A stretch of 38,666 nt of DNA, taken from IMG/VR virus record IMGVR_UViG_3300045988_147970; one strand, 5' to 3'. Below, piece after piece: positions 9,638 to 17,490 of this stretch. Numbering within the stretch: the stretch's first letter is position 1; the number at the start of each line of letters is the position of its first letter. The position numbers were made by a program, and so were the translations under genes. A model generated the notes under the pieces. The model did no database searches. It was not told the DNA's origin and was given only the letters and a program-made list of their open reading frames with translations. Source of the stretch: a virus. Lineage: Duplodnaviria; Heunggongvirae; Uroviricota; Caudoviricetes.

Positions 9638-10357
9638 TTAACGAGAGAAGGTCTTGGAAAGAATGTCATCAATAGCCTTTGTGACTTCATCAGCAAACGC
9701 ATCCTCACCAGCACGCAGCGCCACGCCATGCCAATCAAGACGCTGCGAATAGTTAGGTTGCTGGATAAACGTAAGGATCAACGTAGGACGCCGCCCAACG
9801 CGCTGCCAGACGCCTGGTTGAAGCGGGTTACTTGTACCAGGTCGAACAACAAAAAACTCCGTAGGCTTGCCCTGACGGCGATTTTGATGCGCATCTCGCT
9901 GAACTCTTAGGCCAGATAAGACCTGCTGTAATTGCCCCCGCGAAATATTCCCGTATTTGTCCAGCTTTGCGCCGGGACCAGGAGCAATCTGCCAGCCGTT
10001 AGGCAAATATCCACCAGCCCTTAGCGCCCCTTCTGAGCGTTTGTACTGTCGTTGGCCACCTTCGATTTGCGGAGTCAACGTTACAGGGGCTGGCGTTCCT
10101 CCCCATTCACGAGCATACACAATGGCTGTAGGATCACTCTTCTTTGCGGCCAAAACGTAAGTAGAGTTCTGAATCCACGGCGTGGGCCTGTCAAATACCC
10201 GATTAATTTCATTCTTAATCGCAGCCTGAGAAGCCTTTGCCGTTCTGGTTGCCGCAAGCGCCATTGCGAACGGCAATTCGCGTTCTTCAAGGCGCTGGAG
10301 TTGTCGTTGAATATCCTGAGAAGAAAAATCCATCTTTATCTCAATTCTGTCAGCCAC
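9638..10357 (-). CDS. hypothetical protein within the ParB/methyltransferase cassette
   Basis: 239-aa ORF co-oriented between the ParB-MTase fusion and the terminase-proximal ParB gene; no motif recognised. Confidence 0.35.
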   Translation of the reverse strand: MADRIEIKMDFSSQDIQRQLQRLEERELPFAMALAATRTAKASQAAIKNEINRVFDRPTPWIQNSTYVLAAKKSDPTAIVYAREWGGTPAPVTLTPQIEGGQRQYKRSEGALRAGGYLPNGWQIAPGPGAKLDKYGNISRGQLQQVLSGLRVQRDAHQNRRQGKPTEFFVVRPGTSNPLQPGVWQRVGRRPTLILTFIQQPNYSQRLDWHGVALRAGEDAFADEVTKAIDDILSKTFSR

Positions 10358-10373
10358 CAGCGCCTCCTACACA

Positions 10374-11753
10374 CTACTTAATCAACGGCCGGAAAGCCGC
10401 CAGCACATCATCAGATCGTCCGATTGTTGAACCACCAGGCAACGGCAACTCAAACTCAAAACGAACAGCTTTCTCCAGACTCGCCCAACTAAGGGAATCA
10501 TCGTTAATGACGTGCAAATACCAGCTCTTACAGTTGAATATTGACCGCTTAATCCTGAAACCATGTACACGACACAACTGCTTCACTTCCTCATCAGAGT
10601 GAAACTTCTGGTAAAACCAGTGCCCCTTCCGGTACAACGCGGTAAAACCGTCATGATCAATAAAATAAAGCCGGCTTTTGGAACTCGCCGCTTGTGTTTG
10701 CTTCAGGACTGTTTCCAGTTCTCCACGGCTACGGCCAGAAAAGAATATTGACCCACCAGCTTTACACAGGCCTTTCAGAACCGTCAGAACGGACCATTCA
10801 GCCTCGACACTATCGACCGAGTTCAAAACGCTATCGCAAATCACGTAGTCGTAACGCCCTCGCGTTTTTAAGTCGTCCACCAGCGTATCAATCATCCGGT
10901 TTGTTGCGGCCCTATCCAGAGTGTTTCCAGCGCCCTTACGGCGGAAAAGCTCGAGATCATGCAGGTTATATCCCTTTGCCCTGAGCATTCGCGCGTAGTC
11001 TCCCTGCCCCGAACCAAAATCAATTCCTCTTGGCGTCTTGGCAATGATCGGGAGGATCAACGACTCATACAGATTTGATTTCAGGCTGCCACCATTACGC
11101 AACCGCATAAGCTGCGCATACGTCTGGATGTATGTTGTTTTCTCCAGATGAGAATACTCAAATACACCATAAGTTTTATTCAGATAACTTTGGTATTTTT
11201 CCTTCTCAACATCAGGGATCACAAACACCGTTAGCGGTGTGCGCGTCATTTTCGCTGCTAATGCATACTGAGCACAGTGAATAACCTCACCAGACTGAGT
11301 AGCAACACAACCACCCCACGGACCATACTTGATAACCAGTTCCGCTATGTTCTTTCGAACATATGCCATTTTCGCGCGCATATTGCCTGAGATCTGGCTT
11401 GCCGATACCTGAACAAAACCATGCTTATCTTCCAGACCGGACACCCTGCAACGCTCATCTCCGCTATCAAAATCCGTTCCGTTATGCAGTTGGTTAAACC
11501 GTACTTCGTCGTATACCGTCGTTTCACAGGGCAACACATACACCGCAGCACGCGTTATTCCCAACTTACGTAGCGCCTTCGTCCTTTGGTGTCCCGCCAC
11601 CAGCAAATCGCCGCGCACTATCAATGGCTTCACAAGCCCCAGCTCCCTGACGCTTTCCGCCAGCCTCGCAAGATCATCCTCACCGATAAAACGCGGGTTA
11701 TATTCCGCGCCGCGTAGGTGCGTTATGTCGTAATTGAGGTGAAGCATCAGCAC
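10374..11753 (-). CDS. ParB-like N-terminal domain fused to a class I SAM-dependent methyltransferase domain
   Basis: N-terminus has a ParB box (LLVAGHQRTKALRKLG); C-terminal half has SAM-MTase motif I (IDFGSGQGDYARML), an acidic motif II (YDYVICDSV) and GGSIFFSG; 459 aa. Confidence 0.65.
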   Translation of the reverse strand: MLMLHLNYDITHLRGAEYNPRFIGEDDLARLAESVRELGLVKPLIVRGDLLVAGHQRTKALRKLGITRAAVYVLPCETTVYDEVRFNQLHNGTDFDSGDERCRVSGLEDKHGFVQVSASQISGNMRAKMAYVRKNIAELVIKYGPWGGCVATQSGEVIHCAQYALAAKMTRTPLTVFVIPDVEKEKYQSYLNKTYGVFEYSHLEKTTYIQTYAQLMRLRNGGSLKSNLYESLILPIIAKTPRGIDFGSGQGDYARMLRAKGYNLHDLELFRRKGAGNTLDRAATNRMIDTLVDDLKTRGRYDYVICDSVLNSVDSVEAEWSVLTVLKGLCKAGGSIFFSGRSRGELETVLKQTQAASSKSRLYFIDHDGFTALYRKGHWFYQKFHSDEEVKQLCRVHGFRIKRSIFNCKSWYLHVINDDSLSWASLEKAVRFEFELPLPGGSTIGRSDDVLAAFRPLIK

Positions 11754-12370
11754 ACCTCCCCAGCCAGCAATGCGGATACAAATCCGATATAGCTGCCATT
11801 ATCATCAACATAACGAGACACCGCGCAGTCAAAACGATCCGCTTCCTCATCCGTTGCCGGGATTTTATGACCTCCAAATGACAGGTACTGAACTTTTACG
11901 CCTGATTTGGCCTCATCCTTCTCAAATGGGATATCCATACCCTCTGTGTCATCGTAGACCGCCGCACTCAATAAGTTATCCAGTTCGCGCTGAGTAAAAC
12001 CAATTGAGTCCAGAGCAAAATCATCGGCCGCAAGATCTGCAAGCTCCGCGCTTAACAACTCTTCATCCCAACCAGCATTCAGCGGAATACGGTTGTCGGC
12101 CAGACGATATGCCTTCTTCTGATTCTCCGTTAGCCCAGCCAGAACAATGCAGGGAACATCATCCATCCCCAACTGAGTGGCCGCAGCAATTCGACCATGA
12201 CCAGCAATTACAACGTTGTTCTCGTCTATCAGGATCGGATTAGTCCATCCGTACTCCTGTATGCTGGCAACAATCTGATCTACCTGCTCCACGGAGTGTG
12301 TGCGAGCGTTCTTTTCATAACCAATCAACACAGAAAGTGGTAAAGAAACCACATTAAGATGTTTTGTCAT
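11747..12370 (-). CDS. ParB-like nuclease domain protein (paralog of 8490..9080)
   Basis: 207 aa; ParB box (VIAGHGRIAAA); similar along its length to the 196-aa ParB-like protein, including the C-terminal KIPATDEE region. Confidence 0.7.
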   Translation of the reverse strand: MTKHLNVVSLPLSVLIGYEKNARTHSVEQVDQIVASIQEYGWTNPILIDENNVVIAGHGRIAAATQLGMDDVPCIVLAGLTENQKKAYRLADNRIPLNAGWDEELLSAELADLAADDFALDSIGFTQRELDNLLSAAVYDDTEGMDIPFEKDEAKSGVKVQYLSFGGHKIPATDEEADRFDCAVSRYVDDNGSYIGFVSALLAGEVC

Positions 12371-12604
12371 GCCGTTTATCCGCTAAAATCCCCTCGCTTG
12401 TGCAAGCAAGTGGGCCTCGGTTTGTATCCACGGCACCCTGTGGGTATGAATGACTGTCGTCAGGTCGCAACTGACGGCGGTCGCCCACCTTCCAGTAATA
12501 AAAAAGCCACCAGCATTAACTCCACAGCGAGCAGGAGTTAATGAGGCAGCTTTGGTTTGCGCATTATCGCAGCCCCTGATTAGCACAAGAGCTGCTGTAA
12601 TGCG

Positions 12605-13015
12605 TTACGCAGGGATCAAACAGATGTGGCCGTTATTTACCTCAATACGGGAATATTCCGGCTTACCATCCACGATTCCGGTAATGACAAGTTCGCCATC
12701 AGGCGACCATTCTTCTTTGTCGTCTTCAAGTACCGCGCCTTCTGGCAAATCAATACAGGCAAAAACAGGGCAGCCAGGATGACGTTTATCCTCCATCGCA
12801 ATCAGCATCGACTCACCGAACCACTCTGTGGTAGCACGGCCATCAGCCGCCTGATAGTGAATCAGATACTGGTTTTCGCCATTTGCATACTGAGCACGGG
12901 CTTGAACTTCTCCCCACTCTTCACTGATACGCATTGTTACCAGTTGGGATAATTCAAACTTAAACGGAACAGACTCTGCACCAATGGCAATCGGTTTATC
13001 TTCTTTCTTTTCCAT
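12605..13015 (-). CDS. hypothetical protein
   Basis: Start chosen at MEKKEDKP (residue 24 of the track ORF) because AGGTGA sits 5 nt upstream and a terminator-like hairpin lies just before it. Confidence 0.35.
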   Translation of the reverse strand: MEKKEDKPIAIGAESVPFKFELSQLVTMRISEEWGEVQARAQYANGENQYLIHYQAADGRATTEWFGESMLIAMEDKRHPGCPVFACIDLPEGAVLEDDKEEWSPDGELVITGIVDGKPEYSRIEVNNGHICLIPA

Positions 13016-13026
13016 AACATCACCTG

Positions 13027-13057
13027 AAAATAAAAAGCCCCGCGACACCGCGAGGCT
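13027..13057 (-). terminator. intra-operon rho-independent terminator or attenuator
   Basis: Minus-strand hairpin AGCCUCGCG-GUGU-CGCGGGGCU followed by UUUUAUUUU, then AGGTGA RBS and the ATG at 13015. Confidence 0.4.
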
Positions 13058-13064
13058 GTAAGAG

Positions 13065-13229
13065 TTACTTTCGATATAAATCAAGGCGCATTTGCTCCCG
13101 CTTAAGCCGAAAAGCCCTCTGCGCCACTAAGATGCGCCACAGGACACCAGCGATAACCACCAGCGAGATACAAAAACACACGGCCACAACCATCAGAAAA
13201 ATGCCAACACCATTCATGAAACTATCCAT
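13065..13229 (-). CDS. small hydrophobic protein, 54 aa (not in the ORF track)
   Basis: Manually translated MDSFMNGVGIFLMVVAVCFCISLVVIAGVLWRIL... with one predicted TM helix; start overlaps the end of 13214..13426; weak RBS. Confidence 0.2.
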   Translation of the reverse strand: MDSFMNGVGIFLMVVAVCFCISLVVIAGVLWRILVAQRAFRLKREQMRLDLYRK

Positions 13230-13426
13230 TCTTCAATGAATATCTCCAGTAATGTCAAGAGATACGCCGTCCCCAGCGCGGTTCCTACCGATATAGCTAA
13301 GACAAACCTCAAAGATAACGAGGTGTCTTTCGCTTTTCTCCAGACGTAAGCGCCAGCTAGAAATACCAACAAATCTCTTATTGGAAGCGGAAACCAGAAC
13401 AAATCACTCGGCATAAGCACGATCAT
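13214..13426 (-). CDS. small membrane protein (two hydrophobic segments)
   Basis: 70-aa ORF with two hydrophobic stretches; overlaps neighbours in the operon. Confidence 0.3.
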   Translation of the reverse strand: MIVLMPSDLFWFPLPIRDLLVFLAGAYVWRKAKDTSLSLRFVLAISVGTALGTAYLLTLLEIFIEEWIVS

Positions 13427-13703
13427 CTTCCGCTGCTGATTTACATGCCGCAGTTACTGATATATTGATAACCGGTGCGCTAATCGTGATGGACGACGCT
13501 GTCGGTTGACGCGATATAACTGAACGATGGCTATCAATGAAGTCCACAATCTCATTCAGGCACTCTTTAGCTGCCTCATCGTGACTTTTTCCGTATGCTT
13601 CATGGAGGACTTTCATCCTCATCATTGCTCCGTCACATATAGTCGAAAGCGCGTAAAGCACATCACTAACCGCCATTTCTTTTTTGGTGCTTGTCGAAGG
13701 CAT
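13404..13703 (-). CDS. hypothetical protein
   Basis: 99-aa ORF co-oriented in the operon. Confidence 0.3.
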   Translation of the reverse strand: MPSTSTKKEMAVSDVLYALSTICDGAMMRMKVLHEAYGKSHDEAAKECLNEIVDFIDSHRSVISRQPTASSITISAPVINISVTAACKSAAEDDRAYAE

Positions 13704-13777
13704 CCCATGTTCTCCTTTGTCTGGATGTAAAAAAGCCCCGGCAATTGCCGAGGCTCGTTGTTCGTTATCGTTACGGT

Positions 13778-13978
13778 TTAATGCTCGCGTCGTCCGGCGA
13801 CAACTTCGGATTTGTATTTCAGGTCGCCCAGCAAGAATTGCAGTTTAAGCATCTTTGCCGCCGTGTAGTTTCCTGATTCCACAACCTCTTTCATGAGGTC
13901 ATAAACGGCCGCAACATCATCAGCCAGGAACTCTTTGCGTTGCTGCTCAGTCGCACGTTTGAAGGAAATACGCATCAC
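13778..13978 (-). CDS. hypothetical protein
   Basis: 66-aa ORF; its start overlaps the upstream stop. Confidence 0.3.
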   Translation of the reverse strand: MMRISFKRATEQQRKEFLADDVAAVYDLMKEVVESGNYTAAKMLKLQFLLGDLKYKSEVVAGRREH

Positions 13979-14244
13979 TCATCATCTCCTGCCGCACATA
14001 CAACCTCACAAAAAACATCAGCGGAATGTTTCTTTTTGAATGAATGGCGCTCAAAACCGCACTCAATATCAGGCGCAAAAACATCCACCACATACGGTCT
14101 TTCAGAATGTTTGTTTTCCCAACGATAAACCGTAGTGACGTTGAAATGTTTTAACGCTTCACGGTACTCAACGCTGCCCGTCAGGTTTTTTGAGGTCAGG
14201 TATTGCAGGAGGTTTTTTACTACTTCACGGTCTTGTACTTTCAT
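13975..14244 (-). CDS. hypothetical protein, first gene after a duplicated operator-bearing promoter module
   Basis: 89-aa ORF; GGAG RBS; preceded by the ~104-bp module that is duplicated upstream of the DUF3560-like gene. Confidence 0.35.
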   Translation of the reverse strand: MKVQDREVVKNLLQYLTSKNLTGSVEYREALKHFNVTTVYRWENKHSERPYVVDVFAPDIECGFERHSFKKKHSADVFCEVVCAAGDDE

Positions 14245-14251
14245 CGGGTTA

Positions 14252-14355
14252 TCTCCGGTTTAACCAGGGCGGGTATCGCTCGGTTTCGGGTATAATCATA
14301 GGAAATTTTTTCCCACCTGCAAAGCACTTTTTATATAAATATATAATTATATAAT
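14252..14355. repeat. ~104-bp duplicated promoter-leader module, copy A (copy B at 21832..21935)
   Basis: ~93% identical to 21832..21935; each copy sits directly upstream of a minus-strand gene start and carries the AGGAAA-N3-TTTCC operator-like motif and AT-rich TATATAA repeats. Confidence 0.6.
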
Positions 14356-14356
14356 T

Positions 14357-14944
14357 CTATGCCACTTGCCAGAGAGCATCATGCAACTGGATACCTCCAT
14401 TGCACTGGTTGCCCCAGCCATGCCAACCATCAGGTAAATCACCGCGAGCAAACAGCTCAATACGAGGAACATCACCTAACAGCCTTACCAGCTTGTCACG
14501 AACCACATCAGGCTTCCGAGAATGCTCCAGACGAGGCGATGTAAACGACTGAATGATCCCCGCATCAAGGCGGGTCGGCAATTTGCCTTTTACCGCAAAC
14601 AAGCAATCTTCACTGTTTGCACGAGTCATATGCCCCATCCCCATCACCAGCTTATCTGGTTGTCGGCTACCACATTTGTTCCATGTGAAGCCCTTCATGG
14701 TCATAAGCCTGAATCCCCATGCTTTCACCACCAGCAACGCTTCTTCTGGCTGAGTCGGAACCCACCACATGGCCAACAAACACGATTCAGGATTAGCAAG
14801 CTGCCAGACAGGAATACGAGCAATATCCTCAGCTTTCATCGTTGGATACTTAAAACCAGCTCCACGATTCCCATCCTTACACTTATCTTTGTATTCCCAG
14901 GGGGGATCTGCATAAATCAGATTAAACAATGCAATTGCCTCCAT
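14357..14944 (-). CDS. N6-adenine DNA methyltransferase, MT-A70 family
   Basis: N-terminal IYADPPWEY (DPPW catalytic motif) is the MT-A70 signature; 195 aa. Confidence 0.8.
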   Translation of the reverse strand: MEAIALFNLIYADPPWEYKDKCKDGNRGAGFKYPTMKAEDIARIPVWQLANPESCLLAMWWVPTQPEEALLVVKAWGFRLMTMKGFTWNKCGSRQPDKLVMGMGHMTRANSEDCLFAVKGKLPTRLDAGIIQSFTSPRLEHSRKPDVVRDKLVRLLGDVPRIELFARGDLPDGWHGWGNQCNGGIQLHDALWQVA

Positions 14945-15010
14945 GTTAGTTGTGCCTCCGGCGCTGATCTCCGGCAGTCATAACGCTGGCCAGCTCTACA
15001 GCAGACACAA

Positions 15011-15043
15011 CGAAAAGGGCACTAACCAGACTGATTAATGCCC
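15011..15043 (-). terminator. possible terminator downstream of the tRNA
   Basis: Minus-strand hairpin GGGCAUUAA...UUAGUGCCC (one U-G wobble) followed by a U-rich tract; approximate. Confidence 0.3.
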
Positions 15044-15252
15044 TTGCCTGTTGTGTGCCGGATATCGCCCGACAACGCTGTTTTGGTAACACGGCTACAG
15101 TTCCGTGCCGCTCCAGCTTTTACCCCTTTGCGGATAACAGGCCCTGCCTGTAACTTAGCCCCACGTTCGCCCGAAATGCGCACCAGGCACGCATAAAGAT
15201 GAGCACGAAGGAAGTAACTCCACCGCGCTTATCTTTATGTGTGAGAGTGAAT

Positions 15253-15328
15253 TGGTGGCCCCTACCGGATTTGAACCGATGACCGTGCGATTATGAGTCG
15301 CCTGCTCTAACCACTGAGCTAAGGGGCC
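15253..15328 (-). tRNA. tRNA with anticodon CAU, ileX-like (tRNA-Ile2 or Met); 3-prime CCA encoded
   Basis: Reverse complement GGCCCCTTAGCTCAGTGGTTAGAGCAGGCGACTCATAATCGCACGGTCATCGGTTCAAATCCGGTAGGGGCCACCA folds as a cloverleaf; the first ~42 nt match my recollection of E. coli ileX. Confidence 0.85.
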
Positions 15329-15497
15329 ATATTTGATCTGTTTGTCTGGTGTGGCGCCGCGCACGAAAATCCCAGCCAATAAATTCAGGATTTTTGGGCG
15401 CGGCGGCATATCAGACAAACATGGTTGATGCGTGCGCCCATGAGAAAAGCGCATAGAATGTTGTAACTATATATTTATATAATTATAGAAATATATA

Positions 15498-15707
15498 TTA
15501 CTTTCGGCAGTTGATTTCCCATGCCCTGTTATGAGCCAGAATATCTTTCTTTGTCTGGCGGTCCATAACATCGATGTCGTGATCAGTCAGGTAGATGGGC
15601 TTTACCCAATCACAGGCGGTATCAACCACCACCGGGACGCTTCCACGACTCCCGCAGCTCGCGATCAACATCGTCATCAGCCATATGGTTAACACTCTGC
15701 TGTACAT
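15498..15707 (-). CDS. o-spanin (Rz1-like outer-membrane lipoprotein)
   Basis: 69 aa with lipobox LIASC; reading frame overlaps the 3-prime end of the i-spanin gene. Confidence 0.55.
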   Translation of the reverse strand: MYSRVLTIWLMTMLIASCGSRGSVPVVVDTACDWVKPIYLTDHDIDVMDRQTKKDILAHNRAWEINCRK

Positions 15708-15900
15708 TCCCCACCTCTTTTGTCACTTCTATACGCCGCTCCGCAGTGGCTTTTACAGCGGCTGCATTCTCATTAATGCGCTGCTTTTCAGCTTCATCTT
15801 CGGCCTTTTCTCGCCCCTTCATACGACCAAAACCAAACGCACCGAATGCAACCAATATAACGGTGCCGATAAATGACAAAACGGCTTTCAAACCAGTCAT
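15622..15900 (-). CDS. i-spanin (Rz-like)
   Basis: 92 aa, N-terminal TM helix then charged coiled-coil; immediately downstream of the endolysin. Confidence 0.55.
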   Translation of the reverse strand: MTGLKAVLSFIGTVILVAFGAFGFGRMKGREKAEDEAEKQRINENAAAVKATAERRIEVTKEVGNVQQSVNHMADDDVDRELRESWKRPGGG

Positions 15901-16439
15901 ACCACCACTCGCTCTTTCATCCAGCCGTAGACAAACGACTCATTAGCCTCGCGCTTCTCCGCCAGCTCCAGATAGCGTTCGCCCTGCGTACAGTTCAGCG
16001 ACGTCAGCATCACCCGTTCGCCGTCTTTTCCCCGATTCCCAAGATAAGCACGTAGCGCATTAATGGTACGTGGACCGATTCGTCCGTCTGCATCCAAATC
16101 GGGATACAGCTTCCCGCGCAGGTTGAACACATTCAGCCAGCGTTGAAGCATTTTTGACGCCACTGTTGGCCCCATGTTCACCCCCGTGTCACACAGCTCT
16201 GCGGCAATATCAGAGGATAATGCGGCCACCTGATCAAAGCGTGGTCCGTACCAGTAATCAGCCTCAAGGATTTCCAGTGCCTGTTCGCGGGTTAAATCGC
16301 GCATATCGCCACGGTATCCATGAGCACGGGCAGTGTTCTGAGTAATGCCCCACTTTGTTGGGCCTCCCTTGTCGTCAGGGTGATCCACATAGCCGCCCTC
16401 TTTTCCAAGAACGCTGTTAAAAATCTCATCTTTGGTCAT
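15897..16439 (-). CDS. endolysin, GH108 muramidase with C-terminal peptidoglycan-binding domain
   Basis: N-terminus EGGYVDHPDDKGGPTKWGIT is the GH108 signature; 180 aa; follows the holin genes. Confidence 0.8.
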   Translation of the reverse strand: MTKDEIFNSVLGKEGGYVDHPDDKGGPTKWGITQNTARAHGYRGDMRDLTREQALEILEADYWYGPRFDQVAALSSDIAAELCDTGVNMGPTVASKMLQRWLNVFNLRGKLYPDLDADGRIGPRTINALRAYLGNRGKDGERVMLTSLNCTQGERYLELAEKREANESFVYGWMKERVVV

Positions 16440-16758
16440 GATTAAACCCTAATGCGTCAACTATCCGCGCCAGATTGCCCCTGAAATACAGAACAACGAT
16501 GCAGATAATCAGATTTCCAATAACCACCAGCCAGTGGGATTCTTGATAAAGACCGAACACATAACGGAAGGGAACATTGGCGTATACAATGACGTAGATA
16601 TAAGCCAGAAAGGAAACAAATGGACGATGCCTGGAGTCTTTCCGTCGATAAAGCATCAGCGCCATTACTATTACTGTGCAAAGCACCGCATTAATCAGTG
16701 CTGACGGGTCACTGCTTACCATTTGAACCCCCTCCACGTAAGCGGGAAAGCATTCCAA
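16426..16758 (-). CDS. putative holin / antiholin membrane protein (start uncertain)
   Basis: 110-aa ORF with at least two hydrophobic helices between the holin and the endolysin. Confidence 0.4.
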   Translation of the reverse strand: MECFPAYVEGVQMVSSDPSALINAVLCTVIVMALMLYRRKDSRHRPFVSFLAYIYVIVYANVPFRYVFGLYQESHWLVVIGNLIICIVVLYFRGNLARIVDALGFNHDQR

Positions 16759-17104
16759 AGATGCTACCGAGATCCTGGCTGTTTACGAACGTGAGGATTT
16801 TAATTGTCAATGCAGCCACAATAACCGCACCAAGTGCATCAAGAGGACGATCGTTGTAGCTGGTCCATTTGGCAAGAAATGAGCCAACTAACGGCGCTCC
16901 AATCACTCCAACAATGAACGATGTAAAGAAATAGCCAATCAGCTTGAGACGGCTAATATTCACCGCTGTAGCAACATAGAAAACAGCGCCAGCAAATGCC
17001 CCGAATACAACGCCGTAATCAATACCAGTTGCAATACCAAAAACGCTGGCCCCCATCAGGCCACCAGCAGCAACGGCCGTACCGGAAATTGGTTCTGCTG
17101 ACAT
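16709..17104 (-). CDS. holin
   Basis: 131 aa with three hydrophobic segments; first gene after a rho-independent terminator; GAGG RBS. Confidence 0.6.
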   Translation of the reverse strand: MSAEPISGTAVAAGGLMGASVFGIATGIDYGVVFGAFAGAVFYVATAVNISRLKLIGYFFTSFIVGVIGAPLVGSFLAKWTSYNDRPLDALGAVIVAALTIKILTFVNSQDLGSIFGMLSRLRGGGSNGKQ

Positions 17105-17117
17105 TGAAATCCTCGTT

Positions 17118-17149
17118 AAAAAAAAAGCCCCGCCGAAAAAGGCAGGGCT
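17118..17149 (-). terminator. rho-independent terminator immediately upstream of the holin gene (tR-prime-like)
   Basis: Minus-strand hairpin AGCCCUGCC-UUUUUC-GGCGGGGCU followed by a run of 8 U, ending ~14 nt before the holin start. Confidence 0.6.
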
Positions 17150-17490
17150 TCATAAAGCAACAAATTACGCGGTAATCGCTTAACGCAGTTTTACTACGTT
17201 AAATGAAACACTACACCCAGTTACCACCTAAAACAAGGTTTCCCCATAAAAAAACCTTCATATCGTGGTTAATCGATCAATAAAAAATCAATGTTCAACT
17301 TTTTACCAACCGAACATCCCGACCAGGACTTCCATAATATTCGCCGATATGCCACTGCTTAAGTTGAGTAATCTTCTCCAACTTAACTCCCATAGAGTCC
17401 AGTTTCTGCCATGTTTTCGGTTGTATGTGCTTCATTACCCGCTCTGAATATCTGAATACTGCTCGTAAGCGCATGGTTTCTCACTACAGC

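Noticed and set aside
9447-9738. Two minus-strand track ORFs (61 and 91 aa) in the 9081..9637 intergenic region
   Set aside because: They overlap each other in different frames, are Cys/Arg/Trp-rich as expected for GC-rich non-coding DNA, and lack ribosome-binding sites.
14291-14296. Perfect TATAAT hexamer on the plus strand inside the duplicated module
   Set aside because: There is no matching -35 element or plus-strand gene downstream; the module more plausibly acts as a minus-strand promoter and leader.
15155-15454. 99-aa minus-strand ORF from the track
   Set aside because: It completely overlaps the tRNA; its translation is simply the tRNA sequence read as codons.
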